Of a DNA stretch of 64,000 nt, positions 12,166 through 25,323 are shown piece by piece. Positions within the stretch are counted from its first letter, which is position 1; the number at the start of each line of letters is the position of its first letter. Below the pieces are notes generated by a model. That model worked only from the letters and a program-made list of their open reading frames with translations. It did no database searches and was not told the origin of the DNA. The stretch spans positions 1 through 64,000 of the forward strand of contig RSEE01000038.1 of the NCBI GenBank assembly GCA_003971905.1. Reading direction: 5' to 3'. The translations under genes were made by a program, and so were the position numbers. This stretch comes from Moniliella sp. 'wahieum' (taxonomy: Eukaryota).

Positions 12166-13982
12166 TCAGGCCCTCAAGAGAGCCATTGATCGATCCCCCA
12201 ACCTGGGAGACCTTGGCGGTATCGGCGCCAGCGCTGGAGCAGCAGTCCGACGCCCACGGATGACAGGATGAGCGCACCGAGCCCACGGGACGACCGTGAC
12301 AACTAAGGCGCGACGCACAGCGGAATAGTAGGCCCCCAGTGCAAGTTCAGCTGGGCCCAAGCGATTAGAGGTGCGACGAGGTTGGCCTCCCGGGAGGGGA
12401 CGCAACGAGGGCGCTGGTCCACGGAAGATGTGGAGAGAAGGTCCCAGGCATGTGGGGCTGCTACGCTCGATGCCGTGATCTGATCGGACCAGGGAAACGA
12501 GACGCCGATAGCGCCAGCCAAAGATCCAAATCCATAGGTTCATCGGGATAACTGAAACGGGGAAAGGCAGCAGCAAAGATCGGTGCATGCCGCCAGGAGG
12601 CCCAGGGGTGTGGATGCGGATTACGTCCGTAATCCAGGTGCGGGGGCGGTCAACCAATCGACATGGGCTGAAGGTGTGGGTGATGGCGCACCCTGATGAA
12701 GAGGGGGGTAAAGGCATGCGAGAGAGAAGGTCTCTGAAATACGTGCTAGTCAGAATTGGTAGTCGGGGAAAAGGTACAGAGTGATGCTACGCACAAGGAC
12801 ATTCCCAAAGTCAGCCCCCATAATTGAAGAGGTGGGCGTTCCTCTTGAGCTGTTGTTCAGAGGGTGCAGGAGATAGGGCCCCCGGCGGTGGAAGGTGAGG
12901 ATGGTCGAGAGCAGAAACAGGATAGTCAGGAGAATCATCCAAATTGGACGCGGATGTATCCCTGGAATGGACCGCATCGTCTCCATCCGAGGGGTGGGAA
13001 GATTGTGGGGTCACGCTTCCCCCTTCTGCATCTGATTCGATAGCTTCAGCGACCGGCTGGTTAGGCAGCAGAAGGGATCGATAGTCCATGTCACCCACCA
13101 AGGCACGGAGCGACGATCGGATGATCGGCGAATTGGGCGCTAAGCGATGAGCAACATCGACCGTGGTGGTACTCCACGTTCCAGGAGTAGGATCGTCCAA
13201 AAGAGTGAGAGGGATCCAATGTGCCGAGGCCACTTCACTTGCGGCCAGACTGGGGTGTGGGCTGAAAGGACTGATTTGGAGAAAGACATAAGGGCTCAAA
13301 ACCATCAGCAGTTTCTGCCCCAGATTCGACGTAATCTCTCGATCGTCCAATTGACCCAAACAAACAAATTCCTTCCTCTCAGCCAGATCAATTCCGGTCT
13401 CCTCCCACGTCTCTCGTAACGCAGTGTAGAGCCCATTCTCATCGCCTTCTTCTCTCCGTCCTCCCGGGAAAGCCACTTGGGCTGACCAATTGTCGCCTGG
13501 GCGTGTGGCCCGCTTGATAAAGAAAATTTCGGCTGTACCACGGCGTACCCAAGGGAAAGTAAAGAAAGTGCGGAGAATATGTGATGTAGGAGCCCCGCTT
13601 GGAGTATCCGGAACAGAGTCTTTAGCCTGGGCGATTGCACCGCGGGTATGCGCAGCCTTGGGCGACAGGTACGATGTGGTCGGAGGCTGGTGCAGAAGCT
13701 GCTCCATAGCCTCCGCATCGGTTCCATGAAGAGGCTGGCCATCAACATCGTACTGTTCAGACAGCCACTGCACGTCATCCGAGGTGGGGCGCACACGCAA
13801 CAATATGGCAACGGACGCCCGGCGCACAGCTGGCGGAGGCGGCGCGGACGATGGTAAAGGTGATGGGATGGGATGCGGCCAGGGTGGAAGGACGTGGACG
13901 TGGTGTGGGATGCGGAGGGGGGGCTGCTCTGGAGCAGCGCCAGCGCTTGGGACAGCCTTGCCACCAACGCGCTCCCAGCCAT
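12166..13982 (-). CDS. Nudix hydrolase (CoA-pyrophosphatase-like fungal family)
   Basis: RRASVAILLR; FFIKRATRPGDNWSAQVAFPGGRREEGDENGLYTALRETWEETGI (Nudix box); WGLTLGM; NLWIWIFGWRYR; start and end approximate. Confidence 0.85.
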
Positions 13983-14621
13983 GTCGATGAAAGCGTAGAG
14001 TGTTGCGCAGCAGCCGGATATGGAAGCGCTTTATGGTGGGGGTGGGCGGAAATGTCGTGATCACGACATTTCCATTTCCGCCCCCCGCCATACCCACCCA
14101 TCTACTTATTGTAAGTGTTGGACGTGCCACATAGGAGAGCCCCACTCGCAGGGCTTCTCGGCGTTACTTTCGATAGTTGTTGGTCTCTTCTGTACTTGAC
14201 CTCTACAGTTGGACCACCTTTTAGTTGTCCAATTTTACTCTGGGCTGCTGTCACGAGGGCTGAACTACCGTTGGCTCCCATTGCCTGCTGTAGTATACAT
14301 GTCCTGAATGCTTTCTCATTATATACCTCCGTCCTTGACGACAGAACAATCTGGCCTCCACTGGCGAGTCGTCACCACTGCAGCAGCGATACCTTTAATG
14401 TATGCTGTGTTGGGCACTACATTCCCACGATCTGTTGTGCAACCACAGCAATGTCTATCACAGTCAGACGAAGCTACAGCAATGAAGGCAAAAAGCACGG
14501 GCTGAATCAGACGAACTCCATTAGTAGAGTATTGGCAGGGCAAAACAAACTTAACATATCTTTCGAATCACAAGAAGTCACAGAGAAACGCGAGGAGACA
14601 AGCAAGACCGAGAGCAACAGG

Positions 14622-17600
14622 TTAAGCAAATGTGCCAGGAATGACCTTGGGTGGGGCACAGGGGAGTAGCCTTCTGTTGACGTTGTCGTAGAATTCGGCG
14701 CCCGACGTGGTGGGTGCAATGACACCCGAGCGGATGACCCAATCTCCAAACGGCTCCCCTCGAGACGCTCAGCAGCATAGCGCTTGACCAGCGGCTCAAG
14801 CTCCTTGAGGATCTGCTCCTCGCCCACGCCATCGCGGAAAATCTTGGACAGACGTTGGCCTGCATGCCCACCCCCAGAAGCATCAGGTACGATCCAGGTG
14901 CCTTCCCCACAAACCCAATCTCGGCCAACCAGGGACGGGAGCACCCGTTGGCACACCCGCTCATCCGCAACCACCTCGTCGTCCCTCAGCCCAGCAGCAA
15001 CAAACAGCTGCTCGACCTTCTCGACGAGGATGGGGAGGTACCGCTCCGACTCGGCCATAGCCAGGCCGCAAGTAGGGAAAGCAACGCAAGCGGAGGCACT
15101 GCGCTGGATGCCCGACAAGTTCCAATTGTCCATCTTGTACTTGCGCAGGTGCTCCTCCACCTTGGGCTTATCCTCCTCAGCCACGTCCGAGACAATGATG
15201 TGCTGGTTGGGAGTCATGCGGAACGTACCCTTGTGCCACTTGGCCAGCTCGCGCAACCTGTACGGAAGGGGGACTCGGGTGTGTCCTTGACCCGCCATTC
15301 TCGAGCCATAGACCACAGTGCCATGGCCTCGATGGTCCTTGATCCATCCGTACTGGTCCGTGTTGCACTCAAACTTGTACAGGCGCGCAGGCGCCAGCTT
15401 CCACCCCAACCGCTTCTCAATCTCGTCCCGGAACTTTCCGCTCCACCAAAGTGCTTGTCAATGGTGTACTTGAGCCGCGTTGCTTGCGATTCGCACGGTC
15501 GCCGGTGTCCCGCTGGGTGAGCATCACCGTGCGAACCGCATCCAGGGTTTGCTCGGGTGAACAAAGCCAATAACCGTCCCTGTCCGGGGATAGGTGATCT
15601 TCATCGAGTGGGTTACCCCCATTCCACCTCCAACAGAGAGGTTAAGCCAAGCAGACGCTTTGTCGCTGGGTCGGCAATCGCGATGAGCCCCACATCGTGG
15701 GCAAAGCAGTCACATCATTCCGGGCGGCACCGCGATCGCAATCTTGAACTTGCGTGGCAAATAGTAGGGCCCGTAGAGAGGTTCGTAGTCCTGCAACGCC
15801 CCACCGACCAAAAGCTGGTTCTTGCTGTCGGTGCCCTGGTCAAGCCAAATCTCGTGATAGGCGTTCAGCCGGGGCAAGAGATGGTCAGACAGACGTTTAC
15901 TGAAGTCAAACACGTCCTCGTGCAGCTCGGAAAGCTGAGGAAGGGGCGACGCCATAACGTTGCGGTTCACATCACCACACGCGGCAATTGGTCAAGCAAA
16001 GTCTTGTTGATGGCCTGCATGGCGCTCTTGAGGTTGCTCTGACTACATAGTGGTACTGGATCGTCTGCCGCGTGGTGATCTTTAGAGTACGGTTACCGTA
16101 GTCATCGGCAATCTGGTCCAAAGCGAGCCATTGAGCGGGCGTTGTGGCAACTCCGCCCGGGATGCGGCACGGATCATGAAGCTGTACGCAGGCTCAAGCC
16201 CAGCAGCCTTGCGTTCCTCGACCGTGTCCCGGTCGTACTGCATATAGGTTCCGTGGAACTTGGTCAGTTGTGTGTCGCTCTCGGCAATCGCGCCCGTCGA
16301 TTTGTCCGCTAGACCCTCGACAATCGTACCACGGAGGTAGTTGGAGGCAATCTTGATGTTCTCGTTGGTAATTGGTTCAGGTTCTGGCTCCGTTACCTGG
16401 ATGTGGTCCACGCCCAGAGCCTTCCACACGAGGGTTCCCACGCCTTGTAGCCCGTCTGCCATCCATCTGCGTCTTGGTCGTCACCCAATCCCAATTCAAC
16501 CAAAGGCTCGGCACCCAGAGAGGCCAGACGAGCAGCCAAATCCTTGGAAGGCTTGTTGTAGTACCCTGCATCCTCTGGGCGAGGCCAGTAATGACTGTCA
16601 CCCAACCCAAACACGCCCGCCTTGACAGTACTCAGGGACCCGGGAGTAAGCTTGGCAAGTGTCTTCCACGTGTCTCGCCCGTTCTGGGGGAACTCGCCTT
16701 GTCCAGCGGTGGAGGTGACAAAGAGAACATTCTCCTCTTGGGCCAGCTCATCCGAGGTAGGGAAGTCGTCCATTGCCAGCACACGTGTCGCCACCCCTCG
16801 AGCCTGGGCGCGCTGGCCCAGTTTCTTAGCCACTTTCTCGGCCGTGCCAGAATCCGAGGCAAAGAGAATGAGGAGGGGAGGTCCATCGAGGGACGAAAGC
16901 AGGTCATCATAGGCCTGTTTGGCCTTACGCTTTTGCGCGGCACGCAGTCCGGCCCTTGGGAGGCGACCAAATCGTAGGCGAGCGCCGGCTGCGCGTTGGC
17001 GAGGTAAGACAGCTGGTTGGTACGGTCGAGGAACTGCTTGAGCTGCTCGCGCAGCCGAGCACTGTCTAGGTGAAATACCTCCCGGTTTTGGGCCTCAGCG
17101 CTAGGGTCCCAACGGAAGAGGGGCCAGTAGCCGCTGTCGACGGCAAGCTTGGTCTCCTTGAGCACTTCTAGGGCGGCCGCTTCCTGTGTGCGGAAGGGAA
17201 CGTAGGCCAAGACGATAGAGGGGCCATCGAAGGCGTCCGCTTCGCGGATGGCGTGAAGAACTTGAGTATAGTCCGAGTAGACCGCTGTTGAAGCCACGTA
17301 CACACCGCCGTAGTTCATAGCGTAAAGACCAATGTCCTTTTTTCGCTTCTCTGGCACGACGGCGTCTCGCTCAGTGTACGGAAGTGTGTCAAAGATGAGC
17401 ATGTTGACCTTCTTACCGGACGCGATGACGTTGTGCACGCCACCCATGCCAGCATCGTATGCCCACGCATCGCTCCCTACAATCCAGCGCGACTTGTCGT
17501 CCACATTGGGCAGCGTAGCCAGCAGAGCGTTGAGCTCAGGAGACAGGGAAGACTCTTGGCCCAAAGAGGAGGCCAGTTCCAGGGCGGCTGCCGCTGCTAC

Positions 17601-18926
17601 AGCGGCATCGCCCTGCACCAACTTGGTCGCCAGCTCTTGGACATTGCTGGGAAGGGATTGAGAACGAAGCGCCGCTTGGGCGGCAGTGATGGCGGCATCG
17701 CGCTTCTCAAGCTGGGCCAGGACTTGACCAAAGGCATACTCGGGCGACCGAGCAGAAGGGTGCGGGTCACTCTCGTTGGACGGCGAGTTGATAACGCTGA
17801 GGCGGGGGCCAAAAATCTGCTCCAGAATGAGCTGATATGCCTGCTCATGTTTGGTGGGCGCAGGCGCGACGGAAGGAGCAACGGTTTTGATGTCCTTAGT
17901 CTGGGCGCCAAGGGAGAACGTTTTGGGCTGGTTATCCAGAGCTGAAGCTAAGCGGCGGCGGAGATCATCCAGTTCGCCTACTGTGCCAGCCAGCACAGGA
18001 GGGAGTTTAGCTTTGGTCCGTGTACATTATGCAGGGCGGTAACAACATCAGTAAAGACAGGACCGACGCGAGTGGTCCGACCTGCCGTTTTCTCCAGTAC
18101 GGCAACCAATTTTGCCTTTTGCAGGGCTTCCTCCACTTCCGTCACAAGAAGGTTGGGGCGGACGAGATGAAGCTCAAGGATGCTGGCGTCTCCAGCAAAG
18201 GAAGCGACGCTGGGACCAAGGGAAACTACCAGGCGCTCGTTGCCAGGCTTGTAAGTGTATGGCTCGACCGAGTGACCCACCAGGTCGGAAACGCGAGCAA
18301 AGGCAAAATGGAAGGCTGAGGCAATATCAGCGGCCTTTGTGGGAGCAGAGATGGCAGCTGCACCGTTTCCATTCGCGTTTCCATTCGCGCTTCCGTTGGA
18401 AGTTCCATTGGCCCTAGTCAAGGAAGCAGGAGCAGTGAAAAGAGAGGGCAGGTCATGATCAGTCACCTTTTCCAGCTGGGTTTCGGGTGCCGTTCTCGTA
18501 GAAGTGGATGACAGAGGTCTGGGAGGCGGCAGCGGCAACCGAAGCAACAAGGGTGTGGTCATATGCTTGCTGTGATGTGGAAGAGTAGATGAGTCCAAGA
18601 CCGGATGAACGGAGCGCCAGCACATCGGCGTGCCCAGCACCGGCGGGAAGGCCAATGTGAAAGACGACGGGCACAGACGCGAGCTGGGTCAGGTAGGGGA
18701 CAAGGCGAATCAGAGCAACACGGTCCGCGGGCGCAAAAAACAGAAACAACCTGGTTTGATCCAGGCGGGTTGGACTTGGTGGCAGCCAGGGCAGCTGCAC
18801 CAATCTCGGCATGCAAAGGCAGATGCTCGAAAAGGACGTGGGTGAATTGGGAGGCATCCACGCCGGTTCCAGCGACGACAACGGCCGAAGAAAGCACGCT
18901 GGCCAACTGAGCAATGGGGACGACAT
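14622..18926 (-). CDS. MET5: Sulfite reductase (NADPH) beta/hemoprotein subunit
   Basis: [11 protein letters not shown]...[12 protein letters not shown]; flavodoxin part ([23 protein letters not shown]); [37 protein letters not shown]; siroheme/Fe-S motifs [18 protein letters not shown] and [11 protein letters not shown]; many frameshifts. Confidence 0.95.
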
Positions 18927-19400
18927 GATATCTGTTTCATCAGTGGAGTAGATGGTCAGCAAAAGTGTGTTCCTGGGGGCAGGTGCTGGCAGAAGACTAA
19001 CCAAAGTGCGGAGACGGGGCCAAAGGCACGTTGGTCTGGGGCACGGGCGACCGAGATGAGCGGCGCTGGGGAGAAGGAGAAGGTAGTGGGCGCAGTTGTC
19101 CAGCAACAGAGTGAAGCTGAGGCTTGAGGGGGTCTGCTGTGGGGCGAGACGGGGAGGGCTGGGAAAGAAGAGCAGGTGGTGGTGGGAGGCGAAAAACAGG
19201 ATACACCAGAAGAAGGCGCTGTGGCAGAGCCAAGCACACAATTTCGTGTCTTACTATTGGTAATGCCATTATTCCGCCACCCGGACTAAAGATGAATGGA
19301 CTAGCGCCGCGGAGAAAAGACAAGCCCTGCTCGGGTTCAACGATGCTGCGAAAGCCTGCGAAGGTCCTGGGGCCTGGCGCCTGGAGGGCTTGAACACGGC

Positions 19401-19444
19401 GTGACTAGTGACTAGTGACTAGTGGCTAGTGGCTTCGTGACTAG
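19401..19444. repeat. Heptamer tandem array (GTGACTA)n upstream of MET5
   Basis: gtgacta gtgacta gtgacta gtggcta gtggcttc gtgacta. Confidence 0.8.
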
Positions 19445-19977
19445 CTACGCCAAACTGACGAACTGCTCTTTGCATCAGCAGCGTGCACATGTCCACTCAC
19501 CCGAATCCAACCCAATCGACAATCCAAGCGGTCTGCACATGAAGCCCGCGCAATCTCTATCATGCCATCCCACCCATTGCGTCCACCCAGCTCCAGCATC
19601 GCCAGGTCAGGTTGGCCACTGCCATCGACCAAGCACGGCGAAGATGCGACTGGATATGGCCCCTCTGAGGTTATAACCCGACGGGGTGGCCAGGGGGTGG
19701 CCGTGTGCGATACTAAGAAAAGCGATCAAAACGCCTTTGCAGGCACGGCGAAAACCACACAGGCGCTGTGCTGCTTGTGATGGCGGTCACGCCATCGAGG
19801 ACCCCCAGCCGTTGTACCGAACCTTTGGCGCCTGGCCTTTCCGCTGTGTGGCATGCATGGCATGTGGCATGCGACCTCACGCGTCACGTGTCACAATCTA
19901 GATGCATCCCCGCACTGGCGTCTTCCTGATACTGAGCAATAGCTGCCTGGCGCTTCCCTCCAGCCTTCCAAGTCTCC

Positions 19978-21709
19978 ATGGCCTCTCCTCCTGCCACCCG
20001 ATTCTTTGCCCATCTGCGTGCTCCTCGTCATGTATCTAGTCCTAATCAGTCAGGGTCACCCAACGCTGCCTGCATATGCGCATCTTTGCCCTGACGGCCG
20101 ACACGGCCCTCTACATCCATAAGGACGGGTTTTTTCTTCGAAGCATCAAACAACACCCGCATGAGATTAGTAGGCTGCCCTAGAAGAGATAACAAACTAG
20201 GTGTAGCTGGCTCTGTCCGCCCAATATGTAACTCACTCAGAAGGAGTCGAGACGGGTATCACCCATACCCGCGCCAAACAGCTTCACCACAGCTCTCCTC
20301 GGTCAAAAGATGCATCAGTCGGGCGGTGAACGTTGAACGAGGACGAGCTCACCAACAAAAGAGATGATACAACATGATACTCACCCCCTCGTATTGGTAC
20401 CTTGGCGGAGAGTCAGCAGCAAGGAATCCCAAATTACTTGAGAGAAAACTTGCCGGTACGCGACACCCACACTCTTGACCGATTTCATTGAGCGCTCCCA
20501 TCCTGCACCGACTTGGCCCTTCATAGGGTATACCATACCACCGGTTCCACCATTTCTGGTACCATGGGTTCACGCCGTCAAGACCCTTTGAAGGGCAAAT
20601 GCCCGAACAGGTTTCGGTGCCGCGATGTGGAACAGGGCGCCTCACGGTTAGCAGTATTAACCGTGTTTTTGTGTGTAAAGTCGGCTGTGCCTCGCTTCAC
20701 TGCAAACACCCCACGTTCGCCATGAGCCACATCCCCAACTGGGAACACCTTTCACGCCGGCTGGAATGCTGGCAAGCAACGGGCACACCGTCGGGTTGGA
20801 TGCGCTTGTGGTACTTTTTGAATGTCCCAAAACTTACAACACTTGCAAACCGGGTATTTCCCTTTCATCTAGACCTCGCGTATGGAAGCTGTGCTAACTT
20901 AACAAATCCTTTCATCAGGACAATGGAAAACGGCATCCATGGAGGAGAAGGAGAGGGGACCCCAGAACTAAATCACCGGAGTCCCTATGCCATTGAAGAA
21001 GTTAGGTTGGGGTTGTCCACTCAAAATCCTAACGAACCTGCAAGCGCACAACTATATGAACTGTGTGACAACCTGCTCGCGTCTCTACCCATGACGAGGT
21101 AGCCAGTATATAGGTACTCTGGACGGGCAACGGAGGGTAAAAGGGTACCAGTGCTCCCGACCGACTTTTCCCTATACACGGGTCAAAGGGTAAATTAGCA
21201 CTTCCTCTCATTTGAGCTCTGAACATTCTCTGGCCGCCCTCTGGATTGGAAGGTGGTGGCGATGGCGATGCAAGTCCGGCCGCGGAAGGTGTGACAATCA
21301 AGTTGGTCGGCAAGTTGGTATCAGTCAACTGATAGACACCTCTTTTGAAACTCTTACCATCAAGGCTACCACCGAGCAGATGGCGACCTTTAACATTGCC
21401 TACAAAGACTGTGCCCACTTCATCATGGCGCCTTTGGCATCGTCCTTGGCCTCGGCCCAGTCACACCCTCGTACGGCCCAGCTCATCTACTCGTGTGACA
21501 CTATCAAGACTTGGATAGAGCGGAACGGACACTTGTTTACTCCGCCCAGTCCCATCCCCCTGTCCAACTACCTATCCAGATCCGCAGTGTGGGAGAAGGA
21601 GTCATCGATACAATCGCCCTCCACGAGGGCGCAGGGCGGAACACAAAAAACACAAGGGATGGGGGCGAAGGTAGGTAAACCACCTACGACGGAAAGACCT
21701 CTTTCATAG
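19978..21709 (+). CDS. Possible hypothetical gene (weakly F-box/LRR-like), heavily frameshifted
   Basis: ATG 19978 MASPPATRFFA...; successive + ORFs 20599-21102 and 21212-21709 with Leu-rich segments (LNVPKLTTL, ELCDNLLASLP); no firm domain. Confidence 0.25.
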
Positions 21710-21798
21710 CGAGGAAAAGGGAGTGGGGGATAGCTTCAAACATAATTTGGAGTATGGTAACGCGGGGGAAGACCGGGTTAGCCTCCCGGCTCCTCCAT

Positions 21799-22462
21799 CT
21801 AGCGATCCTCGGCCCACTCGTTCTCCTTGCGCACTTGGGCCTCCTCTTCCGGGGTAAAGTCATTCTGGATGTTGAACACCTTCCGGATCTTCCACGCTCT
21901 TTCCCTTATCATGAGAGCAACGGTGATGCACCCAGCATCGAGAGAGCACGAATGTCGAGGTAATTGGCGGCCATGATGATCTCACACAGCATTTCCTGGT
22001 CCACATTGAGGAACTTCTTGTCCCATTCGTTTAACCTCGGGCGCCGCCTTCCGTGCCTCGTCCGTCGTCCGACGTGGGGAGCGGATCCTTGCGGTGGTGC
22101 TCACAGTACTGCAGCACCTATGCATCAAATTCAGAGCGTCAGCAACAACAGATGCAGCGGTAGTCGAGGGGAGCCAGGGCCACATACCTTCTTGAGCACA
22201 GGAGCGGTTACATTGGGGAGCGGAATAGGGTTGTCGTCTCGCCAAGGTCTGGGCGCCACAGAAAAAAGAGGGATCAGCAACGAACGCCATCAACGGGAAG
22301 TCAGGGTGGAAGGGGCACAAGGGAGTGAGGGTGGCAAAGCCAGGACTCGGACAGGTGGTGCGCGTACGTACCCTCAAGCATCTGCTTAATGAGCCCAGAA
22401 CGCTCAGCCACATCGCGGGCTACGTCGTAGGTCTCGTTGTCAGCAGTGGTAAGTTTAACCAT
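21799..22462 (-). CDS. SKP1: SCF adaptor Skp1 (divergent)
   Basis: [102 protein letters not shown]; two introns. Confidence 0.93.
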
Positions 22463-22869
22463 GGCGGCGGGAAGAGGTGGTGTGGGTGGGAAAGCGGGTG
22501 GACCGAGCGCCGTCTGGCGTAAATAGCCAACGCAGCCACGATCCTCCGCAGCCGAAACTGCAGATTCACATTCCGCCAGCGGGCGGAACAACGACTGAGG
22601 GCTAACCCTAATGCTCCGCGTGACCCCACTGGTTATCTGCGCCCTGCTCCACCTACTCCACCTCATCGATCATCGATCATCGGCTTCTTCATCTGGGACC
22701 ACTAATAGTCTCGATGTACGGATCACTAACCATTCATCTCATATGTGTGAAGGCAACGGAGGCAATAAAACCCCCATCCCACGCTAAAGAAGGGAAAACA
22801 TGATGATGTCCATTCGGAACAGCGTCCACAACTGTGGCAGAGGACAACCTATATTTCAACCGCGCTCAA

Positions 22870-23099
22870 TGAGACCTGGATACTCTGGAGGGTGATGCAA
22901 TCGCAAGTAGTGGTGGTGGTGGTGGTCCTAAAGCCAGCCGAAACGCTACATATAGGAACATCAAGCCGCCAGTCGCCACCAGGGGCTAGGGTGCGGGACA
23001 AGGAAAACAGAGAAGCGAGAGACAACAACGGACTCCTAAGCCTGAGAGGGACTGAAGGACGTCGACCAAAACACACGAGCCACCCGCGGTTGCTCAACA
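22870..23099. mobile_element. Degenerate dispersed repeat, probable solo LTR (copy 1)
   Basis: Aligns along its length with 31306-31538 (GGTGATGCAATCGCA, AGTCGCCACCAGGGGCTA, CACGAGCCACC, terminal CTCAACA). Confidence 0.7.
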
Positions 23100-25323
23100 A
23101 CGCTATTCGGAAATGACCTCCGTGGTCGCTGTTGTTTCCTTGCGGATTTATACTTGGGGTATTCCTATGGCGGTGTATTATTATTGCATCGGGTGTAACG
23201 GTGTGGCCTCCCGGGCGATGACAACCTCGCCCGATGGGGGCAAAGGGGAGCCAGCCCTCTGACTCGTCACGCGTCAGGCAAGGGACCAGTCGTAGGCCCG
23301 AAGCGCGAGCTTCGTACCAATAAAAGAGACGTCCTCCCCTCTGCCTTCCCAGCGATAGCGTTCCTAAGCTGAGTCCTGGAGCAGGCGGCGCTGAGGGTGG
23401 ACGTAGGACAAGACGGAGTTTTTGCGCAGACTCTTCTAGTCGCCAGTTACACTATTCTGTTTTTGGAAGAACACACTCTGTGTGATTGAGTTACACGCAC
23501 ACGTCGTCGATTGTGCCCAACTGCTTTATGAAGAGCGAAGAAGAACTTTATGGAGTTGCGCCTCTTTTGCCCAAAAGCCGAGTGATTTAATCCCTTCTTT
23601 GTTGGCCCTCACATGCAGCTGCCACCGGAGCACATATATGCGCGCCGCACAGAGAAAGGACGCATGTTGATATGCCCGCTGATGCGCGCATTAGACACAA
23701 AACAACTCCCACAATAATGGAGGGAAAAGTTAAAACAATGATACGCCTTTCCTGAGGTTCTGAGGCCTGAGACCAGCTCAGGCGTTCGGGTCTAAGGCTC
23801 CGGCCTTATACTCTGAGTCTGAGTGTCTCCTGGGCTCGATGACTTGCTCCCTACCGTGCCAAAATGTTACGGATTGTATCTCACGCGCGTGTTGTGTAGT
23901 AGGGTGCCATGCGTGTCATCGGTGGTGAAGCTTGCAGCGAAGCGTCAGAGTGAGAAGTCACTAGTCACACCGGGTATGGAGTGTGGACAGTGCGGAGAGA
24001 CGGCGTGAGAGATCTCTGTGAGAACTGGTTTCGCACAAAAGACACAGACCGCGGCGTCGCGTGCAATGGCTACGCGGGTTATGAATCACCGGTCACCATA
24101 GAGAAGACGGTCGGTGATCGAGGTGATCGATCTTCGACAGTCTCTCCATTGTTGGTCCCGGTCCTCCCGCTCAGCGCGCTCACCGGTCAGTACGGTCGGT
24201 ACTCGTACTCAGGACTGCTAGTCATCGAAGTCATCATGACATCATACATCAGTACTCAGTAACTCAGTATTCAACGCATGAGTGGCGCAGCGCTCAGCTC
24301 GTGCGCTCAACGCGCGGCGTGCACAGCACAATCAACACGATTGACACTAGCACCAGCACAGTGTCATGGCGTTCCAGGGGTAATGTTTTTACTTGGCTCG
24401 TTCTGAGCAGGGTGGATGACCTCGATGGCAAGGGACCATTGAATATTGAATGGGCTTGAAGAGAGTGCGTGAGTGCTCGGGCGAGCCGGTGATCGACAGG
24501 GAGACCTCCTGAAGCCTGAGGCCCTGAGAGTTGAGATTGAGATTGGAAGTGGGTGGTCTGGATGTCTATTACACCACAGCAGTGTTTATCGATTATCGAT
24601 TAACGCCAAACGTTCGGCGTTTATTCGCACGTCTACCTAGTCCCGTGTTTACATGTTTGCAGTGTGGCGGGCGGGTGGGAAGGGGAGAGGACCGAGACGG
24701 TATCGCGTCTGTGGTGCACTGCTTTGTTGGCTCTTGCAACACATAATTCCCCTGTGCTCCTCTGAGGTCTGAGATCAGGGATGTTGTGATTATTGGGGGC
24801 GTGGCGCTCCTAGTACGTGCTCCTTCTCGGGGCGCAGGCCAGGATCTCGGTAGTAGCTCAGCTGTGGCAGGAAGCACCAGGAAAGGGCACGCTATCGCTG
24901 TGTATCGGTGTGTGCCAGGGTGTGTTTGTTTGTGGTGTGGGCTGTGGCCGCGAGTGGGCATTGCATGGGTATACACTGGCCCCTGGAACTTGACGCTTTG
25001 GACTGAAGCTTGAAGCTTGAACGTTACGTTGAACGTTGAACTTCAACCTTCACCCTTTGTTCTGCCATCGCCACCCCTTTTGTGCTCTCGGGCAAGCTCC
25101 GCGCCGGACTCAGGCGTGTGCTGGACGATAGTGCTGCCGCGGTGGGTGACACTGTCGGCGCCTGCGTACAGTCAGTCAACTGACGTCGAGTTGAACGTTG
25201 ACCCTGATCCACCCAGTACCCACCCCCGCTGTCCGCTTGAAGCTGGAGCTCGAGCTTGACCCCTTTAGTTGGCAGCCCACCACCCCGACTGGATTCCCTT
25301 TCATTGCTATCAGCCGATCCGGG

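Noticed and set aside
14622..18926. MET5 as several separate genes or a pseudogene
   Set aside because: The fragments are collinear parts of one known multidomain protein; the breaks match the window-wide indel pattern.
19401..19444. CRISPR-like array
   Set aside because: 7-bp tandem units without spacers in a eukaryotic genome with no cas genes in the window.
22330..22338. GGTGGCAAA (Rpn4/PACE motif) in a SKP1 intron
   Set aside because: Single intronic hit that also occurs in copia coding DNA, and none was seen upstream of PRE7; likely chance.
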